Below, one piece after another: positions 30,317 to 41,068 of a stretch of DNA of 64,000 nt. The notes under the pieces were generated by a model. The model saw only the letters and a program-made list of their open reading frames with translations, had not been told where the DNA came from and ran no database searches. The stretch is from contig SVJJ01000003.1 of NCBI GenBank assembly GCA_015069045.1, forward strand, positions 44,802-108,801. Reading direction: 5' to 3'. The translations under genes and the position numbers were made by a program. This DNA comes from Oscillospiraceae bacterium. Lineage in GTDB: Bacteria > Bacillota > Clostridia > UBA1381 > UBA9506. Every line of letters starts with the position of its first letter. Positions within the stretch are counted from its first letter, which is position 1.

Positions 30317-31224
30317 GTAAATTCCTCCAACACCACATCTATGGCATTTTCCTCTAGGGGATTAATCCAACGATATCTTGCATCCCGCCGAAACCACGTT
30401 AATTGCCGTTTAGCATAATGGCGTGTGGCTTTTTTTATTTCTTCTATGCACATTTCCCGTGTGATAGTGCCCTCTAAATAAGCAAAGACCTCTTTATAAC
30501 CAATGCCTTGCATAGACTGTATTTCCTTAGTTAAACCCATATCCCGAAGGCGCCGACTCTCCTCAAACAGTCCTTGTTGCACCATGGAGTCAACTCGTTT
30601 TTCAATCCGTTCATATAATATTTCCCGCGGGGGGCAGAGGGCAACCATATAAGGCTCATAAGGGGAGGGATTTCGTTTGGATATGGCGTTTTGTTGACTT
30701 AATGTTAACCCTGTTGTTTCATAAATTTCCAGAGCACGTATCACGCGTTTTACATTATTTGGATGAATCCCCTCCGCTCCTTCCGGATCAAGGTTTTTAA
30801 GCCGCTCATATAATAGTTCTCCTCCATTTTCATTTGCCTCTTCCCATAATCTGTTTCGCACAGATGTATCCTGTTGTTCTTCAGCAAAACTAATATTGTC
30901 AACTAGAGAGGAAATATAAAGTCCTGTGCCCCCCGCTACAATCGGCAACGCCCCACGGGAAAGAATGTCCTGAATACAGCCGTTTGCTCGTTTTACGTAT
31001 TCCGCTACTGAAAACCGCTCAAAAGGAGAAATAATATTTAACAAATGATGGGGAATACCCTGCATTTCTGCCTTGCTGGGTTTCGCGCTGGCAATATCCA
31101 GTTCCTGATAGATTTGTATTGAATCGGCAGAAATCACTTCGCCGCCAAAATGTTTAGCCAACCGAATGGCAAAATCAGTTTTACCGCTTGCTGTTGGGCC
31201 AGCCACCACCATAATCTGATTCAT
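30301..31224 (-). CDS. miaA: tRNA dimethylallyltransferase
   Basis: VVAGPTASGKTDFAI...DSIQIYQELDI.SAKP...GGTGLY. The ATG at 31224 follows GGGAGG. Confidence 0.9.
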   Translation of the reverse strand: MNQIMVVAGPTASGKTDFAIRLAKHFGGEVISADSIQIYQELDIASAKPSKAEMQGIPHHLLNIISPFERFSVAEYVKRANGCIQDILSRGALPIVAGGTGLYISSLVDNISFAEEQQDTSVRNRLWEEANENGGELLYERLKNLDPEGAEGIHPNNVKRVIRALEIYETTGLTLSQQNAISKRNPSPYEPYMVALCPPREILYERIEKRVDSMVQQGLFEESRRLRDMGLTKEIQSMQGIGYKEVFAYLEGTITREMCIEEIKKATRHYAKRQLTWFRRDARYRWINPLEENAIDVVLEEFTWKKP

Positions 31225-31247
31225 ACATTCCTCCCACAAGATAATCC

Positions 31248-33209
31248 CTACACAATTCTTTTAAACTGCTTTTCAATAAAACCTTTTGTCATAGATACGG
31301 TAATGGGCCTGCCATGAGGGCATGTATTAATGGCCTCCAGAGCAAACACTGCATCTAAAAGGCTGCGAATTTCTGCCTCCTGCAGTTTGTTCCCTGCCTT
31401 AATGGCACTCCTGCAGGCTATTGTGTACAAAGCTCTCTGTGTTCTTTGACTGCGAGCATCCTTTCTCTTGTTGTCCAAATGTCCTAATACCTCAAGAAAT
31501 AAGCTCTTTAGCCCTTCTTCATCTAATGCCTCTGGGGCGCCACGGAGTAAAACTGTTTTTTCTCCAAAACTTTCAGCTTCAAATCCCATGGCCGAAAGAG
31601 TTTCTGCATATTCTAAAAACAAGGCCTCCTCTGCTGCCGTAAGCCGAATCGAAATAGGCAGCAACAGCATTTGAGACTCTACCTGCCGTCCTTCAAATTG
31701 TTTTAAAAGGGTTTCATAACGCAAACGTTCATGAGCGGCATGCTGGTCGATTAGCAGCATTTGCCCTGCCTTTTCTACAATAATGTATGTATCAAATATT
31801 CTGCCGCAAATTCGATAGTCCTCTGTTTTTGCAGAGGATGCCGTGACGGTTTGCTCTGTAGAATAGAGTGATATTTCTGCTTGTTCCGCTACCGGAACAT
31901 TTGTAAAAATATGTTGTTTAAAAGTTTTCTCTGAAGATCCCCCCCGGGGAAAACCCCGGTCCATACTTGGTTGTGTTTTCTCGTTGATTGGCTCCTGCTT
32001 TTGAGGAGCACCAAAAGCTACCTCTTCTCCTTTCTGTTTTCTCATGGAAAGTCCTTGCCAAACAGAAGGCGTCATATTTTGTCTTGCCAGCGGAGGCTCT
32101 TGCATAACCGGTATTGAGGTTGAAAAAACATTTCTTTTAGCTGCAAAATCAACCCCGCCGGTTACTTGTTTGGAATCTGTATCCTCTTCTTCGCTCCTCA
32201 AGGTAACGGCCGGAATCTCCTGCTTTTGATATAACGCATTTTTCGCCGCCCAGTATACGCAATGATACACCGCTTTTTCATCAGCAAATTTTGCCTCTAA
32301 CTTGGTAGGATGCACATTGATATCCACCATTGCCGGCGACAGTGTAACAAGAAGAACGCAGGCAGGGAATTTACCCCCCATAATTTCGTTCTTATAAGCC
32401 TCCTCTACCGCGTGGGATAAAAGAGGACTCTTAATATATCGTCCATTGACAAAAAAGCTTTGCATGCTACGATTAGGTCGGGCTCCTGCACCAGTGGCAC
32501 AAAATCCTGTAACACCTACACCGCCTTCTTCATAAGACGCCGGTTGCATGGTACTTTTTAAATCCTTTCCATAAATGGCATAAATACAGCCTAATAACGA
32601 CGAATCTCCGGTTGTAAATAACGTTTCCTTTCCATCTGTCAATAATCGAAAAGACACTTCAGCATGGGCTAATGCTAATCGATTCACAATATCTCCCACA
32701 TAGCCTGCCTCTGTATAATTTTTTTTAAGAAACTTCATACGCGCCGGTGTGGTTACAAATAAATCCCGCACCACCACCGTTGTTCCTACGGGACAGCCTG
32801 CTTCACTACATTCTGTTACATGGCCATCCTGTGCCACCAAATGAGTGCCGATTTCCTCTTCACGGGTACGCGTATATATTTCCATTTTGCTAACTGCTGC
32901 AATACTGGAAAGAGCCTCACCTCGAAATCCCAGGGTCTCAATTTTTTCCAGGTCCGATGCCTGACTGATTTTACTGGTGGCATGTCGTAATAGTGCCACA
33001 GAAACTTCATCATGAGGGATGCCGCAACCGTTATCTGTGACACGAATGTAGGTAATACCCCCATTCTTAATTTCCACAACAACATTGGTTGCGCCTGCAT
33101 CCAATGCATTCTCTAAAAGCTCCTTAACAACAGAAGCAGGCCGCTCTACAACTTCACCAGCGGCTATTTTGTTGGAAACTGATTTATCCAATACCTGAAT
33201 TTTTCCCAT
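31248..33209 (-). CDS. mutL: DNA mismatch repair protein MutL
   Basis: IAAGEVVERPASVVKELLENALDAG, DNGCGI, GFRGEAL and C-terminal DQHAAHER...CPHGRP. The internal ATG at 33209 was chosen. Confidence 0.95.
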   Translation of the reverse strand: MGKIQVLDKSVSNKIAAGEVVERPASVVKELLENALDAGATNVVVEIKNGGITYIRVTDNGCGIPHDEVSVALLRHATSKISQASDLEKIETLGFRGEALSSIAAVSKMEIYTRTREEEIGTHLVAQDGHVTECSEAGCPVGTTVVVRDLFVTTPARMKFLKKNYTEAGYVGDIVNRLALAHAEVSFRLLTDGKETLFTTGDSSLLGCIYAIYGKDLKSTMQPASYEEGGVGVTGFCATGAGARPNRSMQSFFVNGRYIKSPLLSHAVEEAYKNEIMGGKFPACVLLVTLSPAMVDINVHPTKLEAKFADEKAVYHCVYWAAKNALYQKQEIPAVTLRSEEEDTDSKQVTGGVDFAAKRNVFSTSIPVMQEPPLARQNMTPSVWQGLSMRKQKGEEVAFGAPQKQEPINEKTQPSMDRGFPRGGSSEKTFKQHIFTNVPVAEQAEISLYSTEQTVTASSAKTEDYRICGRIFDTYIIVEKAGQMLLIDQHAAHERLRYETLLKQFEGRQVESQMLLLPISIRLTAAEEALFLEYAETLSAMGFEAESFGEKTVLLRGAPEALDEEGLKSLFLEVLGHLDNKRKDARSQRTQRALYTIACRSAIKAGNKLQEAEIRSLLDAVFALEAINTCPHGRPITVSMTKGFIEKQFKRIV

Positions 33210-33275
33210 GTTCTTTTCCCCTTTTGTGTGTTTTAGGTGCCGGGTACAACGCACTTTTTTACCTAAACCTATTAC

Positions 33276-34310
33276 CTAAACCAATAGTTTAATAACATCC
33301 ATATAGGCAACCACTAAGGATAAAAGTAGAAGCAATGCAAGACCCACCATGTGCACTATGCCCTCTTTTTCCGGTGGCAAGGGTTTCCTTCTCACAAGCT
33401 CCACAAACACAAAAAATATGCGTCCACCATCTAAGGCAGGAATCGGCAATAAATTAAATACCCCTAAGTTAATGGTCAACAAAATCGTAAGCTGTAATAA
33501 ACTTAAAAACCCAGGCCAACCGGTTTTGGCTGTTTGCTCAACCGCCGTACCAATTTCAGATACAATTCCAATAGGCCCAGACATGTTCTGCACACTAACT
33601 TTCCCGCGCAGTAAATCAATAAAAGTTTCCAATACAACCTTCCCATAGAAAACTGTATTATAAAAGCTCGTTTTAACAGTAAGACCAAAACTGTTTTCCC
33701 GTTGCGATAGTCTTATCCCCAAACTAAGCCCTTGTTCCGTCTTCTTGGGTAAAATGGTAATCTTTTGTTGTTCACCATTGCGTCTAATTGTTATGTCTGC
33801 AGGCGATGCTGTCAGTTTAGATTTTTCCCAATACAAATCGGCGGCAATATGAATGCGATTACCATTCACAGCAATGATTTCATCACCTACAGAAAGGCCT
33901 GCCGTTCCGGCTGCCCCACCTGCATCCACAGCACCAATTTCAGGAACAACCACAGACTTTGCCGAACTATACAATAAAAGCAGTAAAAGAAGACCCAGTA
34001 AAAGATTCATAAAAGAGCCGGCTACCAACACAATAAACTTGATCCAGGCAGGCTTATTGGAAAGCGCCCGTTCATCTGTCGAGCTGTTGTCCTCCCCTTC
34101 CAACGCACAAAATCCACCAATAGGCAGTGCCCGCACGGAATATAAGGTTTCCCCCTTTTGCTTCCCAAACAGCTTGGGACCCATACCAATAGCAAACTCG
34201 TGAACACGAATTCGCAAAAGCTTAGCCGTTATAAAATGGCCCAATTCATGAACAAAAACAAGAATGCAAAAAATTAAAATTGCTGCAATGGCAGTCCAAA
34301 ATCCAGTCAT
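33276..34310 (-). CDS. rseP: RIP site-2 metalloprotease RseP (M50)
   Basis: HELGHF zinc motif in TM1, a central PDZ-like segment and NLLPIPALDGG. Confidence 0.9.
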   Translation of the reverse strand: MTGFWTAIAAILIFCILVFVHELGHFITAKLLRIRVHEFAIGMGPKLFGKQKGETLYSVRALPIGGFCALEGEDNSSTDERALSNKPAWIKFIVLVAGSFMNLLLGLLLLLLLYSSAKSVVVPEIGAVDAGGAAGTAGLSVGDEIIAVNGNRIHIAADLYWEKSKLTASPADITIRRNGEQQKITILPKKTEQGLSLGIRLSQRENSFGLTVKTSFYNTVFYGKVVLETFIDLLRGKVSVQNMSGPIGIVSEIGTAVEQTAKTGWPGFLSLLQLTILLTINLGVFNLLPIPALDGGRIFFVFVELVRRKPLPPEKEGIVHMVGLALLLLLSLVVAYMDVIKLLV

Positions 34311-34394
34311 TATAATGCCCTCTGTCTTTCTGCCCACATATCACAAAATTGACCTTGTGCCTATCTGCGGGCAGATAGGCACAAGTAAATTTAT

Positions 34395-35561
34395 CTATTG
34401 ATTTGTTAGAGCCAACACCTGTTCTCTGGCCCATTGATCCGCTTCAAAAATATCCTCTAATGTTGGATTTAAAATAATATGATGGTTCTGCATGACCTGA
34501 GCAAGCAAGTCGCCAATCCTTAAAAATTTTATTTTATTTTGTAAAAATAAGGATACTGCCGCCTCGTTAGCTCCGTTTAGCACGCAGGGCATAGTATGCC
34601 CAGTTTTAGCGGCCTCATACGCCAGTGCTAAAGGCCTGAAGGTTTCCATATCTGGTTTTTCAAATGTTAATGAGCCTATCGCTGCTAAATCGAGAGTATT
34701 GTCTGTCATCGGCATACGTTTTGGATATGTCAAAGCATACTGAATAGGTAGTTTCATATCCGGCACACCCATTTGTGCCAACACAGCCCCGTCTGTTAGT
34801 TCTATCATAGAATGGATAATACTTTGTCGATGAATCACCACATCAATTTTTTCTGCAGAAACACAAAAAAGCTGGGCTGCTTCCAGCACCTCCAGCCCTT
34901 TATTCATAAGTGTTGCTGAATCAATCGTAATTTTAGCACCCATATCCCAATTGGGATGGCGCAAAGCCACGGCTGGTGTAATGTCCCTTAATTCCTCTCT
35001 GGTTTTACCGGCAAATGGCCCACCGGAAGCTGTTAAAATAATGCGCTTAACCTCTGCCGATCGCCTTGTTTGTGCAACTGCCTCTAAACATTGAAACACG
35101 GCGCTATGTTCACTATCCACCGGAATGAGCTCTGCTCCCGATATTTGCAACTCCCGCCGCATAATATCACCGGCAGCCACCAGGGTTTCTTTATTGGCTA
35201 ATGCCAACCGTTTTCCGGTCCTAACTGCAGCCAAAGATGGCCGCAAACCTGCAATACCAACAATGGCGCCAACCACCGTGTGCGCTGTTGGTTCTGCCGC
35301 TAATGCCTCCATGCCCTTCACACCGCTTAAAACCTGTGTGTCAGTATCGGCAACCCTGATGGTTAGTTCACGGGCAGCTTCCTCCTCCGCCACGCAAGCA
35401 TACTGCGGATGAAATTCTCTGATTTGTTTCTCTAAAAGTTCAATATTTCGTCCGGCTCCAAGACCAACGACCCGAATATCTCCCCGACTCCTCACAATGT
35501 CTAAGGTTTGCGTGCCAATTGAGCCTGTAGAACCAAGGATTACGATGTTCATCATTTGCAT
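34395..35561 (-). CDS. dxr: 1-deoxy-D-xylulose-5-phosphate reductoisomerase
   Basis: ILGSTGSIGTQTLD, LANKE, DSEHSA and HPNWDMG. The start may be one of the ATGs at 35561, 35555 or 35552. Confidence 0.95.
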   Translation of the reverse strand: MQMMNIVILGSTGSIGTQTLDIVRSRGDIRVVGLGAGRNIELLEKQIREFHPQYACVAEEEAARELTIRVADTDTQVLSGVKGMEALAAEPTAHTVVGAIVGIAGLRPSLAAVRTGKRLALANKETLVAAGDIMRRELQISGAELIPVDSEHSAVFQCLEAVAQTRRSAEVKRIILTASGGPFAGKTREELRDITPAVALRHPNWDMGAKITIDSATLMNKGLEVLEAAQLFCVSAEKIDVVIHRQSIIHSMIELTDGAVLAQMGVPDMKLPIQYALTYPKRMPMTDNTLDLAAIGSLTFEKPDMETFRPLALAYEAAKTGHTMPCVLNGANEAAVSLFLQNKIKFLRIGDLLAQVMQNHHIILNPTLEDIFEADQWAREQVLALTNQ

Positions 35562-36385
35562 ACAACCTCAAATATCATTAAAAAATAATATACAACCGGC
35601 GCAATAAAAAGCAGACTGTCCACCCGGTCTAAAATGCCACCATGGCCGGGTATTAAATTACCAAAATCTTTCATGTTGTACTCCCGTTTAATGACAGAGG
35701 CTGTCAAATCGCCAAATTGGGCAACAATACTACATAAAAGGGACAAGCCTATAAGAGCCGGATAACAAACCTGCAAATGAAAGCCATAGGTAAGGATGAA
35801 CCCATACAGAGTAAAGGTAACAATAGAACCAAAAACTGCGCCCGCAGCACCCTCTATCGTTTTGTTAGGGCTAACCCCGGGAATCAGCTTATGTTTGCCA
35901 AATCGGCATCCTATAAAATAAGCAAAGGTGTCGGGCATCCATGCACCCAAAAAGGGTAAAAACACTAATGCAACGCCCCATTCCATACTCCTTATGTAGG
36001 TCAGGTATAAAGGAAAAATAACTCCGTAAATAACTGCAAAAAAGGAGACCAATGCATCCGCAAATTTGACGGATTCATGCCAAATAACGGAACATATTAA
36101 AAGTAACATTAAATACGCTGTTAAAAGAAAAACCGTCAATTCCTGTCGAATGCCGGAGTGAATAAAGGGCACCAATAAAAGAGCAACAGCAAAGGCATAC
36201 TGCAAAACAACAAGCTGCCATTTTTTCCCTTGTTTAAAGGTTGCCTGTAGCTCGTGTAACACAATAAAGCATGCCACCGCTACCCCAATATGAAAAACCG
36301 TTGGTTTTGAAAAAATCATGCCCAGTACAAAAATTGCGCCAATTAGTGCACTGATCAATCGAATTTTCAGTTTTGACACACCCAT
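35552..36385 (-). CDS. cdsA: Phosphatidate cytidylyltransferase
   Basis: Polytopic membrane protein with the C-terminal signature SVIKREYNMKDFGNLIPGHGGILDRVDS. The ATG at 36385 follows AAGGGAG. Confidence 0.9.
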   Translation of the reverse strand: MGVSKLKIRLISALIGAIFVLGMIFSKPTVFHIGVAVACFIVLHELQATFKQGKKWQLVVLQYAFAVALLLVPFIHSGIRQELTVFLLTAYLMLLLICSVIWHESVKFADALVSFFAVIYGVIFPLYLTYIRSMEWGVALVFLPFLGAWMPDTFAYFIGCRFGKHKLIPGVSPNKTIEGAAGAVFGSIVTFTLYGFILTYGFHLQVCYPALIGLSLLCSIVAQFGDLTASVIKREYNMKDFGNLIPGHGGILDRVDSLLFIAPVVYYFLMIFEVVCK

Positions 36386-36416
36386 TGCTCCCTTCTGCAA
36401 GCAAACGGATAGATGC

Positions 36417-37169
36417 TCAGGCACCAAATCGTCGATTTCGTTGCTGATAATCTAAAATAGCTTGCGTAAAGTCCTTTGTAGTAAAATCTGGCCAGTTAAT
36501 GTCTGAAAACCAAAATTCACTATAGGCCGATTGCCACAGTAAAAAATTTGATAAACGAAGTTCTCCGCTAGGGCGAATAATTAAATCAGCCTCCGGCATA
36601 TCATTGGTATATAAATAGTCAGATACAAGCCCTTCCGTAATCTGATTCGGCAGGAGGGTACCCTCTTGAACCTGCTGGCACAACTGATTGACCGCCCGAA
36701 CAATCTCCTGTCGGCCACCATAGTTGATTGCCAAATATAATACCATACCGTCACGGTCCTTGGTATATGCCTCCACCTCATCAATTTCATGATTGATTTC
36801 ATCAGAAAGAGCGCTGCGGTCACCAATAATACGAACCGCTACGTTTTTCCCGGCTAATTCATCTTTATCATGTAAATATTCCAGCAAAAGTTCCATCAAA
36901 GAGTCAACCTCTGCCTTAGGCCTTTTCCAGTTTTCTGTACTGAAGGCATAGGCAGTTAAACAAGCAATACCCATGTTGTTGGCAAACTCGGTAATGGTTT
37001 TTAAATTTTGTGCACCGGCTCGATGACCGGCGCTGCGGGGCAAACCACGTTTTTTTGCCCAGCGTCCGTTACCATCCATAATAATCCCTACGTGGTTGGG
37101 CAAATTATTGGGGTCTACCTTTTCAATTAGTTTTGATTTTGAACGAAATCTATCCAAAGCCTTTAGCAT
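36417..37169 (-). CDS. uppS: Isoprenyl transferase (undecaprenyl-diphosphate synthase)
   Basis: HVGIIMDGNGRWA, FSTENWKRP and RPSGELRLSNFLLWQ. Confidence 0.95.
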   Translation of the reverse strand: MLKALDRFRSKSKLIEKVDPNNLPNHVGIIMDGNGRWAKKRGLPRSAGHRAGAQNLKTITEFANNMGIACLTAYAFSTENWKRPKAEVDSLMELLLEYLHDKDELAGKNVAVRIIGDRSALSDEINHEIDEVEAYTKDRDGMVLYLAINYGGRQEIVRAVNQLCQQVQEGTLLPNQITEGLVSDYLYTNDMPEADLIIRPSGELRLSNFLLWQSAYSEFWFSDINWPDFTTKDFTQAILDYQQRNRRFGA

Positions 37170-37210
37170 ATAGTTCCCCTTACCAAATCCCAAACTTTAG
37201 TTGGAATTTC

Positions 37211-37756
37211 TCAGATTTCCATAATTTCTTTATCCTTCTTAGCAGCAATGCTGTCAATATCTTTAGTGTATTGGTCGGTTAGTTTTTGAATATCGGTTTC
37301 AGCATTCTTTAAATCATCTTCCGTAATTTCACCTTGTTTTTTCTGCGCTTTAAAGGTTTCAATAGCGTCCCGACGAACACCGCGGATAACAACCTTCGCC
37401 TCTTCCGCACGTTTAGAAATACCTTTTACCAGCTCTTTGCGACGTTCCTCTGTAAGGGCCGGAAAATTAATGCGAATGACCTTACCATCATTATTAGGCG
37501 TAAGTCCTAAATCTGATTTTAAGATTGCTTTTTCAATATCTCCTAAAATAGTAGCATCCCAAGGCTGAATAATCAACATCCGCGCTTCAGGTACAGAAAC
37601 AGACCCAACCTGAGGAATAGGGGTGGGTGTTCCGTAATAATCCACTGTTATCTTATCCAAAACAGCAGGATTAGCACGACCGGCACGAATGGCCGCATAA
37701 TCATTTTCTAAAGAGGCAATCGCCTTATCCATTCTTCCTTTTACATCTTCATACAT
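37211..37756 (-). CDS. frr: Ribosome recycling factor
   Basis: [11 protein letters not shown]...YG..TP......P.....[15 protein letters not shown] and about 181 aa. Confidence 0.95.
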   Translation of the reverse strand: MYEDVKGRMDKAIASLENDYAAIRAGRANPAVLDKITVDYYGTPTPIPQVGSVSVPEARMLIIQPWDATILGDIEKAILKSDLGLTPNNDGKVIRINFPALTEERRKELVKGISKRAEEAKVVIRGVRRDAIETFKAQKKQGEITEDDLKNAETDIQKLTDQYTKDIDSIAAKKDKEIMEI

Positions 37757-37777
37757 AGTTTGAACCGTCCTTTCAAA

Positions 37778-38488
37778 TTATCCGTTTGAAACAATAGTGC
37801 CAATTTTTTCGCCCGAAAGTACGCGAATGATATTGCGAGGGTCATCCAAACCAAACACCAAAATGGGAATATCGTTATCCATACACAGGGAGGTTGCTGT
37901 GGAGTCCATAACGCCCAAGCCACGATTTAATACATCTATATATGTCAAACTTTCAAACCGCTTTGCATCAGGGTTTTTTGCCGGATCGCTGTCATAAACG
38001 GCATCCACCTTCTTAGCCAAGAAAATGGCTTCTGCCTCAATTTCCGCTGCCCGCAAAGCCGCTGCTGTATCCGTTGAAAAGAAGGGATTGCCTGTACCAC
38101 AACCAAAAACCACAACCCGACCCTTTTCCATATGACGAATAGCCTTGCCTCGTATGTACGGTTCCGCAATTTGACGCATCTCAATAGCAGTTTGCACCCG
38201 TGTAGGTACACCGGCTGCCTCCAATGCGCTCTGCATAGCCAGGGAATTAATAACAGTAGCCAACATACCCATATGGTCAGCACGGGTTCTATCCATATCA
38301 CCACCGGAGCGTCCACGCCAAAAATTGCCCCCACCTACCACAATGGCCATTTCTACGCCGGCTTCATTACACTCTTTAACAACCGATGCAATCCGACCTA
38401 ATGTTTCAAAATCCAGCCCTGTTCCTTTAGCACCAGCCAAGGCTTCTCCGCTGACTTTAAGCAAAATTCTCTTATATCGCTTTGTCAT
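37778..38488 (-). CDS. pyrH: UMP kinase
   Basis: [40 protein letters not shown]. The ATG at 38488 follows GGAGGT. Confidence 0.95.
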   Translation of the reverse strand: MTKRYKRILLKVSGEALAGAKGTGLDFETLGRIASVVKECNEAGVEMAIVVGGGNFWRGRSGGDMDRTRADHMGMLATVINSLAMQSALEAAGVPTRVQTAIEMRQIAEPYIRGKAIRHMEKGRVVVFGCGTGNPFFSTDTAAALRAAEIEAEAIFLAKKVDAVYDSDPAKNPDAKRFESLTYIDVLNRGLGVMDSTATSLCMDNDIPILVFGLDDPRNIIRVLSGEKIGTIVSNG

Positions 38489-38819
38489 AAGAACCTCCAA
38501 AATTTTAATGCTTTTGTACATGTTTATTACTATAATTATATATTGTTTTCCTTGAATATTCAAGTCTATTCCCAAAAATAATCATAGAATTTTTAGCATT
38601 TTTCCAACAACTCACTTAAATTAACATGTAAATAATAAGGGAGTTATTAACATTTTCCACAGGGTTATTAACAGTTCTATGCTATTTTTCCGCATAAAAT
38701 CAGCATTTACCTGTTTATTATAACTAAAATATACACAAAAACTGTTGATAACTTTCTTTTAATTTATTCTCATTTTATGTTTATGTAACCATATGAGTAA
38801 ACAACAACTAAACACAAAA

Positions 38820-39761
38820 TTATTTCTCCTCAGTAAACCCTTTTTTCTCGCGAATGACATATAATGGTCTGTTCTTTGTTTCGTCATAAATACGGCCAAT
38901 ATATTCACCGATAATACCCAGCATCATTAAAATTACACCATTAAAGATTAAAGAAACGCTCAAGGCCGATGCCCAACCTGCTACCGTTTGGTCGGTAAAG
39001 ATTCTCAAACACAATACAACCAAAAGATAGAGAAAACTGAGCAGGGATACCAAAAATCCTACATAGGTAGAAATTTTTAATGGTTTATAGGAAAAAGTGG
39101 TGATACCATCTAAAGCAAATTTAAGCATTTTCTTTAAAGGATATTTAGTTTCTCCCGCAAACCGCTCCTTTCGATGGAATAAAACTGCTGTTTGACGAAA
39201 ACCCACCCAACTGACAAGACCGCGAACATAGCGATTTTTTTCCGTCAGGGAGCTGAGCACGTCACATACCTTTCGGTCAATCAACCTGAAATCCCCCGTA
39301 TCTACAGGAATATCTACGCTGGTCAACCCTTTCATTATACGATAAAATGCCTTAGCCGTTACCTTTTTAAAGGCCGTTTCTCCCTCTCGGGAAATGCGTT
39401 GACCATAAACTACATCATAACCCTCTTTCCACTTATCAATCATTTCCAAAATCACCTCAGGGGGATCTTGCAAATCTGCATCAATGACCACAATAGCTTG
39501 ACCGCTTGCGGCGTCCATGCCCGCGGTAATTGCCGTTTGATGACCAAAATTACGAGAAAAGCTAAGCAACCGCACATTAGAATCTTCGTCACACAACCCA
39601 CTAACTAACTCTTCCGTTTTATCCCGACTACCGTCATTGACAAAAATCAGCTCATAGCTCTCACCTGTTTGGTCCATGACAGTCTTAAGCCGTCGATAGC
39701 TTTCCTCCACCACAAGTTCCTCATTATAAACAGGAACAACAATAGAATACCGAATTGACAT
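38820..39761 (-). CDS. GT2 polyprenyl-phosphate glycosyltransferase (GtrB/ArnC/DPM1-like)
   Basis: SIVVPVYNEE...FVNDGSRD...IDADLQDPPE, followed by two C-terminal TM helices. Confidence 0.8.
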   Translation of the reverse strand: MSIRYSIVVPVYNEELVVEESYRRLKTVMDQTGESYELIFVNDGSRDKTEELVSGLCDEDSNVRLLSFSRNFGHQTAITAGMDAASGQAIVVIDADLQDPPEVILEMIDKWKEGYDVVYGQRISREGETAFKKVTAKAFYRIMKGLTSVDIPVDTGDFRLIDRKVCDVLSSLTEKNRYVRGLVSWVGFRQTAVLFHRKERFAGETKYPLKKMLKFALDGITTFSYKPLKISTYVGFLVSLLSFLYLLVVLCLRIFTDQTVAGWASALSVSLIFNGVILMMLGIIGEYIGRIYDETKNRPLYVIREKKGFTEEK

Positions 39762-39869
39762 AACAACCCCTCCAATAATTTTATTATAATATTTTAATTA
39801 TATAACAAGCGAGCACGATGCACACCTATTAAAACAAATTATATTGCAAAGCCTAAGAAATGCTATGTT

Positions 39870-41012
39870 TTACAGGTAAACTTTAATTAACCTAAACACC
39901 TGCTGTGCAGTATCTCTTAGATTTTTATATGCAGTATCATAAACCATTGCTTCTTGCAACGAACAAGGAGACCTTAAAATCGGGAAAAAGGCGTCAATAC
40001 CGTGTTCATTGCAAATTACAGCATCATCTGTCACACAACCTGAAAAAGCAACGACCAACTTATGATATTTTTTTGCAAGCTTTGCAACACCAACGGGCGC
40101 TTTACCCATATATGACTGTCCATCCAACCTTCCTTCACCGGTAACAACAACATCAGCATCTTTTATGTGATTTTCTAATTCGGTTTCTTTAATCACTATG
40201 TCAATACCAGATGCAAGCGTTGCATGCAAATATGATAAAAACGCAAAACCTAATCCCCCTGCAGCACCTGTGCCCGGGGTATTCGCATCAGATTCAGGAA
40301 AAACCTTTTTTGTCAGCTTAGCATAGTTACCTAGCCAAACATCCATATCCTCTATCATCGATGGAGTCGCACCCTTTTGCGGTCCGTAAATTGCACTGCA
40401 GCCATTTTCTCCACACAGTGTATTATTCACATCACAGGCTACACAGAAGGTACATTCGTTAAGTTGTTCAGCTGCTTTATTTGTGCGAATTTCCACAATT
40501 TCTTTTAACCCTTTTGCTCCAAATGTCACCTGATTGCCTTGGTCATCCAAAAACTCAAATCCTAATGCCTGAAGCATACCTATGCCGCCATCATTGGTTG
40601 CACTGCCACCTATTCCCACAACAAACTTACGACACCCCTTTGAAATAGCATCTAAAATCAGTTCACCCACACCGAAGGTTGTTGTGTTCAAGGGATTTCT
40701 GTCCTTTTCATCTATAAGCGTAATGCCTGCAGCTGCTGACATTTCTATAATCGCCGTTTTTGTATGGGGAACGATTCCGTAATGGCTCTTTATCAAATTT
40801 CCTATGGGATCATGAACAACAACCTCAACCATTTCACCGCCTGCACCCGCAATAATAGCGTCAACGGTACCTTCACCTCCATCAGCAATTGGGGATATAA
40901 CGACCTCTGCATCTTTATATACTTCATTGGCAGCTTCCTTTATTGCCTTTCCTGCCTCAAAAGTAGAAAGGCTTCCTTTGAACGAATCAATAGCAACTAC
41001 AATTTTCTTCAT
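39870..41012 (-). CDS. glxK: Glycerate kinase
   Basis: KIVVAIDSFKGSLS...PIADGGEGTVD...GIGGSATNDGGIGMLQALG...TGEGRLDGQS is the GlxK/GarK family pattern. Confidence 0.85.
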   Translation of the reverse strand: MKKIVVAIDSFKGSLSTFEAGKAIKEAANEVYKDAEVVISPIADGGEGTVDAIIAGAGGEMVEVVVHDPIGNLIKSHYGIVPHTKTAIIEMSAAAGITLIDEKDRNPLNTTTFGVGELILDAISKGCRKFVVGIGGSATNDGGIGMLQALGFEFLDDQGNQVTFGAKGLKEIVEIRTNKAAEQLNECTFCVACDVNNTLCGENGCSAIYGPQKGATPSMIEDMDVWLGNYAKLTKKVFPESDANTPGTGAAGGLGFAFLSYLHATLASGIDIVIKETELENHIKDADVVVTGEGRLDGQSYMGKAPVGVAKLAKKYHKLVVAFSGCVTDDAVICNEHGIDAFFPILRSPCSLQEAMVYDTAYKNLRDTAQQVFRLIKVYL

Positions 41013-41025
41013 TGAATTATCTCCT

Positions 41026-41041
41026 TTCGCAAAATTCGACA
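41026..41041 (-). promoter_or_regulatory. Degenerate pair of Spo0A-box-like heptamers next to the glxK RBS
   Basis: The minus strand reads TGTCGAAttTTGCGAAAGGAG. One box is perfect and one matches 5/7. The period is 9 nt, which is weaker than in the other copies. Confidence 0.3.
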
Positions 41042-41068
41042 AAGTTCGTGTCAAGACCAGCCGAAAAA

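Noticed and set aside
38576-38819. oriC-like, AT-rich region with DnaA-box-like words (TTTTCCACA, ATATACACA) and a 10-nt direct repeat GTTATTAACA x2
   Set aside because: Only one word is within one mismatch of TTATCCACA. No dnaA or dnaN is nearby. The region is more simply the pyrH promoter region. The 10-nt repeat might be an operator, but it is a single pair.
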